Positions 10,923 through 18,687 of a stretch of 64,000 nucleotides of DNA are shown here, one piece after another. The notes beneath the pieces were generated by a model. The model was given only the letters and a program-made list of their open reading frames with translations, was not told where the DNA came from and did no database searches. Position 1 is the first letter of the stretch. Each line of letters opens with the position of its first letter. This stretch comes from Candidatus Hodarchaeota archaeon. GTDB lineage: Archaea > Asgardarchaeota > Lokiarchaeia > Sigyniarchaeales > SOKP01. Both the position numbers and the translations under genes were made by a program. The DNA lies in the NCBI GenBank assembly GCA_048886685.1, contig JBHLKM010000009.1, forward strand, positions 107,229 through 171,228, written 5' to 3'.

Positions 10923-10964
10923 AAAAAAAAGTTTGGATTATTTGAGATCTTTTAATCCAAACTT
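10923..10964 (-). terminator. hairpin + T-run terminator
   Basis: Perfect 12-bp inverted repeat AAGTTTGGATTA (10929-10940) / TAATCCAAACTT (10953-10964), followed by a T-run on the minus strand. Confidence 0.55.
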
Positions 10965-11045
10965 GAATTTTTTTGGATTTAAAAGATAATCTCCTATCGA
11001 ATATTTCCAATCATCTTTTTTCTTCTTTTTCTTCGTTTTTTTCAA
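10938..11045 (-). CDS. putative basic micropeptide (LKKTKKKKKKDDWKYSIGDYLLNPKKFKFGLKDLK)
   Basis: Manual translation; GGAGG upstream but only a TTG or ACG start; LNPKKF and terminal KDLK resemble neighbouring micro-ORFs. Confidence 0.35.
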   Translation of the reverse strand: MKKTKKKKKKDDWKYSIGDYLLNPKKFKFGLKDLK

Positions 11046-11071
11046 CCTCCATTAAATTTTTTGATAACTAA

Positions 11072-11164
11072 TTATTTTATTATACGATTAATAAACTCCT
11101 TATGTTCTTCTAAACCGTTCTTTATCTTAATCCTCTCAATTCTCTCTAATTTTTTGTTTTTCAT
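11072..11164 (-). CDS. putative 30-aa micropeptide (MKNKKLERIERIKIKNGLEEHKEFINRIIK)
   Basis: Manual translation; ATG preceded by a GGGAGGG SD-like motif. Confidence 0.45.
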   Translation of the reverse strand: MKNKKLERIERIKIKNGLEEHKEFINRIIK

Positions 11165-11200
11165 TATTTTTCGCCCTCCCCTTATCATTTAGATATATAT

Positions 11201-11236
11201 CAAAAAAATGGAGGGGGAAAATTTAGGTCCCCCTCC
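11201..11236 (-). terminator. GC-rich hairpin + T-run (terminator/attenuator)
   Basis: 9-bp stem GGAGGGGGA (11210-11218) / TCCCCCTCC (11228-11236), followed by ATTTTTTTG on the minus strand. Confidence 0.55.
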
Positions 11237-11316
11237 CCCTGATTTTATTTCTCCCTGACTTTTCTACTTCGGTTTGTCGGATGAATTGAATCAGCGTGAA
11301 GATGACAGAATTAATT

Positions 11317-11580
11317 TTAATAATTTCCGAAATTCCTGTAATTTATACTTCTTCTGATGTTCTCTATAGGAATTTGTTCTTCTAAATACTTAGGATTATA
11401 TTTAGCTTTCTTCAATAATTTCAATAAAGCTTTTTTAACTGGTTTCTCCTCTGCTTTTACTCGAACTATTGTATAATCTTCTTCAATAGCAGGGAGCTCT
11501 TCTAATATAATTACATCTTCTAATACCTCTAGTTCCTTTTTCTTAATTAAAACTTGGACCATTTTATAAACCACCTCCAA
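11317..11580 (-). CDS. small hypothetical protein, NP[RK]Y[FL]EE family
   Basis: YNPKYLEEQIPI motif shared with two neighbours; GGAGGTGG SD suggests the true start is the second Met (MVQVL). Confidence 0.65.
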   Translation of the reverse strand: MEVVYKMVQVLIKKKELEVLEDVIILEELPAIEEDYTIVRVKAEEKPVKKALLKLLKKAKYNPKYLEEQIPIENIRRSINYRNFGNY

Positions 11581-11604
11581 TTCATGTTTCTAAACTATTG
11601 TAAA

Positions 11605-11868
11605 TTAAAAAACCCTAAAAATATTGAATTTGGAATTAGCAATTATATCTGAGGTATATAATTTTTCTTTTGTATCTTTTAGTGGAATTACTTCTTCGAA
11701 GTATCTAGGATTTTGATTCTTGAATAATTCAAATAGTTCAATTTGTTTTTTAATTTGCTCAATATCTTTTTGTTCTTCTTTAGAAGTTTTTCCCGAAAGA
11801 ACTATATATAGATCTTTAAGTTCAATAATGGTATCTTCATTTACTATTACTTGTCTCATTTTTTTCAC
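11605..11868 (-). CDS. small hypothetical protein, NP[RK]Y[FL]EE family
   Basis: QNPRYFEEVIPLKDTKEKL...SKFNIFRVF. Confidence 0.65.
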   Translation of the reverse strand: MKKMRQVIVNEDTIIELKDLYIVLSGKTSKEEQKDIEQIKKQIELFELFKNQNPRYFEEVIPLKDTKEKLYTSDIIANSKFNIFRVF

Positions 11869-11884
11869 ACTCTTTTTTTCCTAT

Positions 11885-11943
11885 AAGATTACTTAGATCA
11901 AGGTTTAATTAATAGTTTGATTTCGCAAAGTTCAAATGGAATT
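11885..11943 (-). promoter_or_regulatory. conserved promoter block + degenerate palindromic operator upstream of the small-ORF operon
   Basis: 11885-11918 matches 12759-12792 at 29/34 nt; AAGTT-CAAATG-GAATT at 11928-11943 lies at the same spacing as in the other copies. Confidence 0.55.
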
Positions 11944-12085
11944 TAAGACTTGTTTTAGACTTTTATCAACTTTTCTTAAAAAAAATCTCTGTTTAATATG
12001 AGTTTAAATCTAGGTAGTTGCTATAGATTTTAGAGCCTATGAGTAGAATGGTCTAGCAATCGGTAAAGGTTCAACTCATTAGGTT

Positions 12086-12502
12086 TTAAAAATTTCTTGA
12101 CCAATATTCCTCGTAAGTTAAATTGTTGGGTATATCTCTATTACCCCTATAAATTCGAGGAACAGCTTTAGAATCTATTAATATCTTGATGAATTTATAG
12201 TTAGCTAAATGATCGAGAGCATCCTTAAATTGATAATAAGACTTATAATCTTGTACTTTACCCGTGATATCTATCAAATCATAATCAAAGAGTAATTGAT
12301 CAATATTCGGAAATTGATCCTGAAGCCAATTGTCTCTACAATCTTCAATAATTTTTATAGCATATTCAAAGTTGCTAGAGTGAGTTTTTGAAGAAAAACT
12401 TGTCATATTCGCATAAATGATAAAATACTTTGTTTTTAAGGATTTCAAAAACAGAAAATTTTTATATGAATTAGTCGAATTACGAAAAGTAAATCTAATC
12501 AC
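12086..12502 (-). CDS. hypothetical protein (real start probably the internal Met, MTSFSS)
   Basis: ORF only; the C-terminal ~106 aa looks protein-like. Confidence 0.5.
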   Translation of the reverse strand: MIRFTFRNSTNSYKNFLFLKSLKTKYFIIYANMTSFSSKTHSSNFEYAIKIIEDCRDNWLQDQFPNIDQLLFDYDLIDITGKVQDYKSYYQFKDALDHLANYKFIKILIDSKAVPRIYRGNRDIPNNLTYEEYWSRNF

Positions 12503-12550
12503 TAAAATAAATACATAAAAATGAGAGATTAAAAAAATTATTTTATACTT

Positions 12551-12727
12551 CTAAAAAACACTAAAGAGATCATATTTAGATCCTACACAAGCATGAATTT
12601 GGTCTTTCGCTTCTTTTAGATGGATAGCTTCCTCAAAATATCTTGGGTTTAAATCTCCAAGAAGTGCTTGATTTTCTTCAACTTTAGGTCGTTTCATTAT
12701 CATTATTTTTTGATAAGTTTGGGTCAT
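12551..12727 (-). CDS. 58-aa small protein, NP[RK]Y[FL]EE family (below ORF-track cutoff)
   Basis: Manual translation MTQTYQKIMIMKRPKVEENQALLGDLNPRYFEEAIHLKEAKDQIHACVGSKYDLFSVF; clearly homologous to the C-terminus of 11605..11868. Confidence 0.7.
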   Translation of the reverse strand: MTQTYQKIMIMKRPKVEENQALLGDLNPRYFEEAIHLKEAKDQIHACVGSKYDLFSVF

Positions 12728-12758
12728 TTTTTATAAACACTTTTTCGGTTTTTTTATT

Positions 12759-12817
12759 AAGAATAATTAGAGCAAGGTTTAATATATAGTTTAATTCTAT
12801 GAACTCTGAGTGGAGTC
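12759..12817 (-). promoter_or_regulatory. TATA-like promoter block + operator AACTC-TGAGTG-GAGTC
   Basis: Minus-strand AAACTATATATTAAA; palindrome at 12802-12817. Confidence 0.6.
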
Positions 12818-12893
12818 TTAGATTCTATTTAGATCATCCCTTAATTCTCCAGAATTTTACATTTTATACGTCCAGATATAATGTTCATTTTTG

Positions 12894-12909
12894 AACTCTA
12901 ATTAGAGTT
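12894..12909. promoter_or_regulatory. perfect palindromic operator AACTC-TAATTA-GAGTT upstream of wHTH-TPR regulator 1
   Basis: Perfect 16-bp palindrome just upstream of the TATA-like AAAATATATAAA. Confidence 0.6.
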
Positions 12910-12982
12910 TGGATCAAAATATATAAATAAACCCTTTTCATATTATTATTATAAGTAATATTTATTGGTAATTGGATGAATT

Positions 12983-15505
12983 TTGGTTCCATCTTGTAAT
13001 TATCCCCCTGACGAGATTTTAAATCCTGTAATTGGTAAGCCTAATTATGAGTATATTATTCTGTGGATATTGAGTAATAATGAAATATGCTCATGGGCAG
13101 ATTTAAAAGAAAAAGTGAATAGATCAACGCTTTCTAATTATTTACGTGACCTTAAGCGTAATGGATATGTTTTAAAAAGTGATTTCAATCAATATAAAAT
13201 CACATCTAAAGGAAGGGAAAGATATTACGAATTAGGACAAGCCAAGAAGGGAGGAAGGAACTTAAGTTTTCCTCCTAAGGTAATTCTCGAAAAAAGGAAT
13301 TATGACCATACGATCCTTTGGATGACCTATAACAATAATTACTGTAAGTGGGCAGATTTTCTTGAAGAACCTCTTTCTATTAATCAATCTTCCTTATCAA
13401 AGAATATGAATAAATTAATGGAAAAAAATTTTGTAATAAAAGAAGAAAAGGAATATAGAATTACTCGATTGGGAAAATCGGAATATTCTAAAATGCTAAC
13501 CTATTATGATCTAGACAGACAGTCGATTTTAGAAGAAGAAAGCAAAAGAATTTCTGATTTAACACAAAAAACACTAAATTTCTTCGCAAAATTTGAAATT
13601 ATTGAAAGAGATATTCAATTTCGATTCCTAAATAGTGTTCTAAGGTTAGATTATGAAAAAATTAAAACCGTTTTAAGAGAGGAGGAGGATTTTCATAAAA
13701 TACTGCTGTTCCTTTCAATTAATCATCCAAATGATTATCCTAAATATGTATCACCTGAAGAATTCTCTGAAAAATATGGAATTAAAAAAACTACTCTTGA
13801 TTATTATATTGATGAAATTGTAGAGAATCAAATTTTTCCAATAAAATTTTTTAAATTGGTGGTGCTCCCAAATAAATTCTATTATTTCCAATCAGATGAA
13901 AAAGTCGAGATGATGCTTAGGATTATTACAGAGGAGCATATTACAAAGTTTACCTATCTAAATAAGCTTTTTGAGGGCAAATCAGATTTAATTCTCCCTC
14001 TGAATATGAGTTCTACGGTAAACGCTATTTTAGAAGAAGCTTGCCAAAATGTATTTGATGAAGGATTAAAAAATTCATTAAGAAAATTATTACCTGAATA
14101 TATCAATTACTTAGCATACAAAATCGAAAAAGAAAAGAAGTTGGTTGGTGTTTCTGATAAATTGGAAGGAATTATTTGGCAGAACATTCCTGAAATAATT
14201 CAATCAGACATTTACAAAACTTCTCAATATCAATTTATAAGTGAGAGTGAAATGAATTATTATTTAGATACCTCAATATTAGAAATATTACAGCCTTACC
14301 TAGCTTTCTGGTTTAAGCAGGAAGAGTTAAATTTAAAAATCCAAGAGTACTTAAAATCGAAAGAATATGATAAGGCTTTAAAATTGGATGAATTAGGTAA
14401 GGTTTTTACTTATTCTAAATCGAAGATAAAGAATTTGGATCTCATTATTGTTAAAGGGATTATTCTTTGCCATTTGAATAGAAATAGAGAATCGATAGAT
14501 TTTCTAATGGATAATGTAGATTTATCTATTATTAATAAAGAAGATGAGATATATGCACCATATCTTTTTGTGTTAGCTTTTTCATATATGACTCTTGGAG
14601 ATATTAAAAACGCTCTGAATATGGCATATAAAGCAATAGAAATATTTCCTAAAATACCTCTTTCTCATATTTTAAAGGGACTTGTACTTGGTTATAATAG
14701 TATTTATAATTTCGATGCAGAAAAGGCAGATAAAGAAAATGGGATAAGTGATATAGATAAAGCTATTAATTTAGAATCAAATAAATTCAACAAAGCAAGA
14801 TATTATCAGTTAAAGAGCCAAATCTTATTAGAATTGAATAACTATGAAAATGCTTTAGAATCGATTGATAACGCACTTGAATTAAATCCTAAAACTCTAG
14901 ATTTGTATAATTCTAAATTTAGGATTTTGAATTATTTTGATAAGTTCTATGAAATAATAGCTATATTGGATAAATTACTAATTGATTTTCCTGAGTGGGA
15001 AAAGAATCTTAAAATTAAAAAAATATACATGCTCAAAGAAATGAAAAATATTGAAGAAGGCCTAGAGATTATCAATGAATTAATCGAAAAATATCCTGAA
15101 GATAATAATCTTCTTCTTAATAAGATATATTGGTTACAATATTTAGATGAAAAAGAAGAGGTAATAACAACTATAGAGAAGCTTATACAAGAAAATCCCA
15201 AGGTAGGAATATACCGTGATACTTATGGAGAGATTTTAATGAATTTTGAGGAATATGAAAAAGCCATAAAGGAATTCTTAAAAACGATAGAATTAGCTAG
15301 TGATGATTGGTATATTAATCAAACCTATATAAAGTTGGGAATATGTTATAAGGAACTTGAAGACTATGATTTAGCAACTGAATATCTTATGAAAGGTCAA
15401 GAATATACAAACAAATGCTTTTGTGATCTTGAAACAAAAAGAAGATGGATGGCAATTGTTAGTCTCTATTTGGCAGAAATTGAACAACTAGAAGCCGATT
15501 TTTAA
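12983..15505 (+). CDS. tandem winged-HTH + C-terminal TPR protein (putative transcriptional regulator) 1
   Basis: Two internal repeats (ILW..NN..C.W.D...S.LS..L..L...G/N.V....Y.IT..G) of MarR/ArsR-like wHTH type; C-terminal TPR motifs (ALESIDNALELNPK, YRDTYGEIL, AIKEFLKTIEL). Confidence 0.75.
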   Translation: MVPSCNYPPDEILNPVIGKPNYEYIILWILSNNEICSWADLKEKVNRSTLSNYLRDLKRNGYVLKSDFNQYKITSKGRERYYELGQAKKGGRNLSFPPKVILEKRNYDHTILWMTYNNNYCKWADFLEEPLSINQSSLSKNMNKLMEKNFVIKEEKEYRITRLGKSEYSKMLTYYDLDRQSILEEESKRISDLTQKTLNFFAKFEIIERDIQFRFLNSVLRLDYEKIKTVLREEEDFHKILLFLSINHPNDYPKYVSPEEFSEKYGIKKTTLDYYIDEIVENQIFPIKFFKLVVLPNKFYYFQSDEKVEMMLRIITEEHITKFTYLNKLFEGKSDLILPLNMSSTVNAILEEACQNVFDEGLKNSLRKLLPEYINYLAYKIEKEKKLVGVSDKLEGIIWQNIPEIIQSDIYKTSQYQFISESEMNYYLDTSILEILQPYLAFWFKQEELNLKIQEYLKSKEYDKALKLDELGKVFTYSKSKIKNLDLIIVKGIILCHLNRNRESIDFLMDNVDLSIINKEDEIYAPYLFVLAFSYMTLGDIKNALNMAYKAIEIFPKIPLSHILKGLVLGYNSIYNFDAEKADKENGISDIDKAINLESNKFNKARYYQLKSQILLELNNYENALESIDNALELNPKTLDLYNSKFRILNYFDKFYEIIAILDKLLIDFPEWEKNLKIKKIYMLKEMKNIEEGLEIINELIEKYPEDNNLLLNKIYWLQYLDEKEEVITTIEKLIQENPKVGIYRDTYGEILMNFEEYEKAIKEFLKTIELASDDWYINQTYIKLGICYKELEDYDLATEYLMKGQEYTNKCFCDLETKRRWMAIVSLYLAEIEQLEADF

Positions 15506-15513
15506 AAAAACAC

Positions 15514-16056
15514 TTAGGTTAAAACCTTGGATTTATTATACAATTCATTAATAATAATATTAAAAGCCTCATGAACACCTTGCCCTGTTTTTGCTGAAGT
15601 TAAGTAATATCCTAAAAAACCTTGTTCTTCAACAATTTTTTGAATCGGAGTATCATCCAAATTATCTTCATCAATTAAGTCGACTTTATTAGCAAAAAGA
15701 ATTATTGGGATTTCTCCACAGAATTTTTTAATATTCTCATACCAATTGGTTATATGCTCAAAACTTCGTTTACCTAACTCATTTTCCTCAAGACTATAAA
15801 CAATAATTGCTGCTCCGCTTTCCTTATAAAATGAAGGTCGTAGAAATAGGAAATCATCTTGACCGGCTATATCCCAGAAGATCAATCGAATCTCATCTCC
15901 CTCTATTTCTTTTTCATATTTAGAGAATTGGGCACCTATGGTCTTAACATAATCTTTCTCAAATGAACTCTGAGTAAACTGTTTAATCAATGAAGTTTTA
16001 CCTACTTGTCCATCTCCTATGACGGAAATTTTAAATCGAAATTGTGCAGCAGTCAT
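15514..16056 (-). CDS. Rab/Ras-like small GTPase (third paralog)
   Basis: GDGQVGKT, WDIAGQ, NKVD, SAK; shares the YSLEExxLG insertion with the 9487 and 10218 genes. Confidence 0.92.
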   Translation of the reverse strand: MTAAQFRFKISVIGDGQVGKTSLIKQFTQSSFEKDYVKTIGAQFSKYEKEIEGDEIRLIFWDIAGQDDFLFLRPSFYKESGAAIIVYSLEENELGKRSFEHITNWYENIKKFCGEIPIILFANKVDLIDEDNLDDTPIQKIVEEQGFLGYYLTSAKTGQGVHEAFNIIINELYNKSKVLT

Positions 16057-16279
16057 TTACTTTTTTGGAGAAATCACTATTTCATGTTTTATTTAATAGT
16101 AGATTAGGTTTTTTGTAATTTAAAATTTTAGTTATTAAAAAAAACCTAGTTGATACAAATTTAGTGATTAAATATTAAAAGATTTGAATTTCATTTAATG
16201 AAATTAGTTAAATATCAACTAAAATACAATTAAAATTAAAGATTTGATAAAAATTAAAAAAGAAGAATAAAAAAAGAAT

Positions 16280-16360
16280 TTATTTACGTAAATCCTTAAA
16301 AGCCCAATTTTGGAAATGATTATTTATATTTATTAATCCTTTATTCGCATTTTTTCTCAT
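16280..16360 (-). CDS. putative 26-aa micropeptide (MRKNANKGLININNHFQNWAFKDLRK)
   Basis: Manual translation; GAGGG SD-like motif; divergent from regulator 2 and downstream of a copy of the operator. Confidence 0.45.
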   Translation of the reverse strand: MRKNANKGLININNHFQNWAFKDLRK

Positions 16361-16417
16361 TTTTTTTCCCTCAATAATAGGTTCTTATTAATTTTAATAT
16401 AGATTGACAACTATATT

Positions 16418-16448
16418 TAGTTTAACTTCGTAAACTCCATGTGAAGTT
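16418..16448 (-). promoter_or_regulatory. operator copy TAGTTT-N9-AACTC-CATGTG-AAGTT
   Basis: Same spacing as the 11913-11943 and 12787-12817 copies. Confidence 0.55.
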
Positions 16449-16613
16449 CGAATTTAACGCGAAGGGCTTCTCAGTTTTGTCAGAATTATTTAAAATGAAT
16501 ATGTATTAATATCTTAAAGCTCTTTAATTTTAATCTTGTTGAATGAAGTATCCATACCTTTTTCCCCAATTCATCCAATTCCTCTTCACTAAGTATTTAG
16601 TTTTTACTGCATG

Positions 16614-16629
16614 AACTTTAACCAAAGTT
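16614..16629. promoter_or_regulatory. operator copy AACTT-TAACCA-AAGTT upstream of regulator 2
   Basis: Inverted repeat with a 6-bp spacer, about 90 nt before the start, the same position as 12894-12909 relative to regulator 1. Confidence 0.55.
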
Positions 16630-16716
16630 ATATAGTATTAAAAACTATTATACTATAAGAAGACTATAAGAATTTAGTATGCTAAACATTAAGAAAACTC
16701 TTTCAAAAATGATATC

Positions 16717-18621
16717 ATGAGTCATATAAATTATCCACCTAAAGAAATTTATAATCCTCCCGTATTAGAGAAAAAAAATTTTGAGCTTATCATTCTTTGG
16801 ATGCTATATAATAATGAAGAATGCGAGTGGGCTAATTTTACTCAAGAACCCCTTGAACTTCGGTTATCTACTCTCTCAAAATATCTTTCATTATTAAAGG
16901 GGAAGGGATATGCAGAGAATATTTCAAGAGGGCTTTATAAAATTACTTCAGAAGGCAAAAAGAGATATCTTGAATTATCACAGGCAAAGGAAAAAGAAAG
17001 AACTCTAAGCTATCCCCCTGCTATCATTACAAGAAGAAGAAATTATGATCATTGGATTCTTTGGATGGTTTATAACAATAACTACTGCAAATGGTCGGAT
17101 TTTATTGAAGAAAATTCACCTGTAAGAATTAATCAATCATCCTTATCTAAAAATATGAATATATTAATCGATAAAGGATTTATAGAAAAAGAAGAGAAGA
17201 AATATAGAATCACCCGATCAGGTAAAGTGGAGTATTCTAGAGTATTACAAGAATATGATTTAGATAGACAATCAATTTTGGAGGAAGAAAGTAAGCGAAT
17301 TGAAGAGATTACAATGAAGACTATAAAATTTTTCAATAAATATGAAATTGAAAATAAGGACATACAATTTAGATTACTCAACAATATGCTGAAATTGGAT
17401 TATACCAGGGTTGAAGCAATGCTCACAGATGAACAAGATTTTAACAAAATCTTACTTTTTATCTCAATTAATCATCCAAGTCAATATCCTAATTATATTT
17501 CTGTAGATGGTTTCTCGAAAATTTATGGAATTAAAGATTCAAAATTGGATTATTATGTTGATGAAATTATTGAAAATGAGATTTTTCCCGTTAAATTTTT
17601 TAAAATAATTGTACAACCAGATGTCCATTATTATTTCCAAGAGAATGAAAGATTAGAAATAATGCTTCGAGCAATCACAGAAGATCATATCACCAAATTC
17701 ACATATTTAAATAAATTATTTTCGAGACCATTTGACATAAGAAGTACAGTGGATGATATATTAGAAGATATTTGTGAGGTATTATTTCACGAGGATTTAA
17801 AAGAATCCTTACACAAATTTTTACCAAAATATATTAATTATTTAGCCTATAAAATTGAAGCTAAAGTTGAGCTGAAAGAGACTTATGATAAATTAGAAGG
17901 AATTATTTGGCACAATATGATAGACATATTTGAAACAAGAAATATTGAAGAATTACAAGAAGATTACAGAGTAGAAATCAAGAAAATTGATAAAAAGATT
18001 GAGTCAAATCCAGAGGACCTTGATTTATATAACTTAAAGATAAGAATTTTGATTTATTACAATCAATTCGATGAGGTACTGAGCTTATTAGATGAAATGT
18101 TAGAAATTTTCCCGAAAGATGAATTAGATGTAAAGATGAAAAAGGCATCTGTATTGAGAAGGATGCAAGATGTAAGTAAGGGTTTAGAAATAATTAATGA
18201 GTTAATTGAAAAATACCCTAAAAACAATGACCTTGTGAGTTATAAAGCTTATTGGCTTCAATATTTAGATCGAAAGGAAGAATCTCTCAGCATAATTCAT
18301 GATCTTGTTGAACTTATTCCTGAAAATGGAATGTACCATGACACTTATGGAGAAATTCTAATGTATTTTGAGGAAAATGAAAAAGCTATAAATGAATTCC
18401 TTAAAGCGATAGAATTAGCGGGTGATGAATGGTATATTCATCAAACCTATATTAAGCTAGGAATCTGTTATAAAGAAGTTCAACAATTGGAACGTGCGCT
18501 TGAGTACCTAACTAAAGGGAAGAAATTAACAGAAAAGATTTCAATTGACGCCGAAACTAAACAAAAATGGATCACAATTGCGAATCTCTTTCTTTTAGAA
18601 TTAGAGCAATTAGAAGAATAA
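16717..18621 (+). CDS. tandem winged-HTH + TPR protein 2 (paralog of 12983..15505, shorter TPR array)
   Basis: Extensive identity with regulator 1 (NYDH.ILW, INQSSLSKNMN, YDLDRQSILEEESKRI, DTYGEILM, QTYIKLGICYKE). Confidence 0.75.
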   Translation: MSHINYPPKEIYNPPVLEKKNFELIILWMLYNNEECEWANFTQEPLELRLSTLSKYLSLLKGKGYAENISRGLYKITSEGKKRYLELSQAKEKERTLSYPPAIITRRRNYDHWILWMVYNNNYCKWSDFIEENSPVRINQSSLSKNMNILIDKGFIEKEEKKYRITRSGKVEYSRVLQEYDLDRQSILEEESKRIEEITMKTIKFFNKYEIENKDIQFRLLNNMLKLDYTRVEAMLTDEQDFNKILLFISINHPSQYPNYISVDGFSKIYGIKDSKLDYYVDEIIENEIFPVKFFKIIVQPDVHYYFQENERLEIMLRAITEDHITKFTYLNKLFSRPFDIRSTVDDILEDICEVLFHEDLKESLHKFLPKYINYLAYKIEAKVELKETYDKLEGIIWHNMIDIFETRNIEELQEDYRVEIKKIDKKIESNPEDLDLYNLKIRILIYYNQFDEVLSLLDEMLEIFPKDELDVKMKKASVLRRMQDVSKGLEIINELIEKYPKNNDLVSYKAYWLQYLDRKEESLSIIHDLVELIPENGMYHDTYGEILMYFEENEKAINEFLKAIELAGDEWYIHQTYIKLGICYKEVQQLERALEYLTKGKKLTEKISIDAETKQKWITIANLFLLELEQLEE

Positions 18622-18687
18622 AGCACAAGGATTTTTGGTAACTTAACAGTAAACTTATCAAAATAATATAAAAAAAGGATAGAGACC

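Noticed and set aside
16486-16590. Further tiny minus-strand ORFs between the two operators near regulator 2 (e.g. MNWGKRYGYFIQQD, MDTSFNKIKIKEL)
   Set aside because: Very short, several competing frames and no similarity to the other micro-ORFs.
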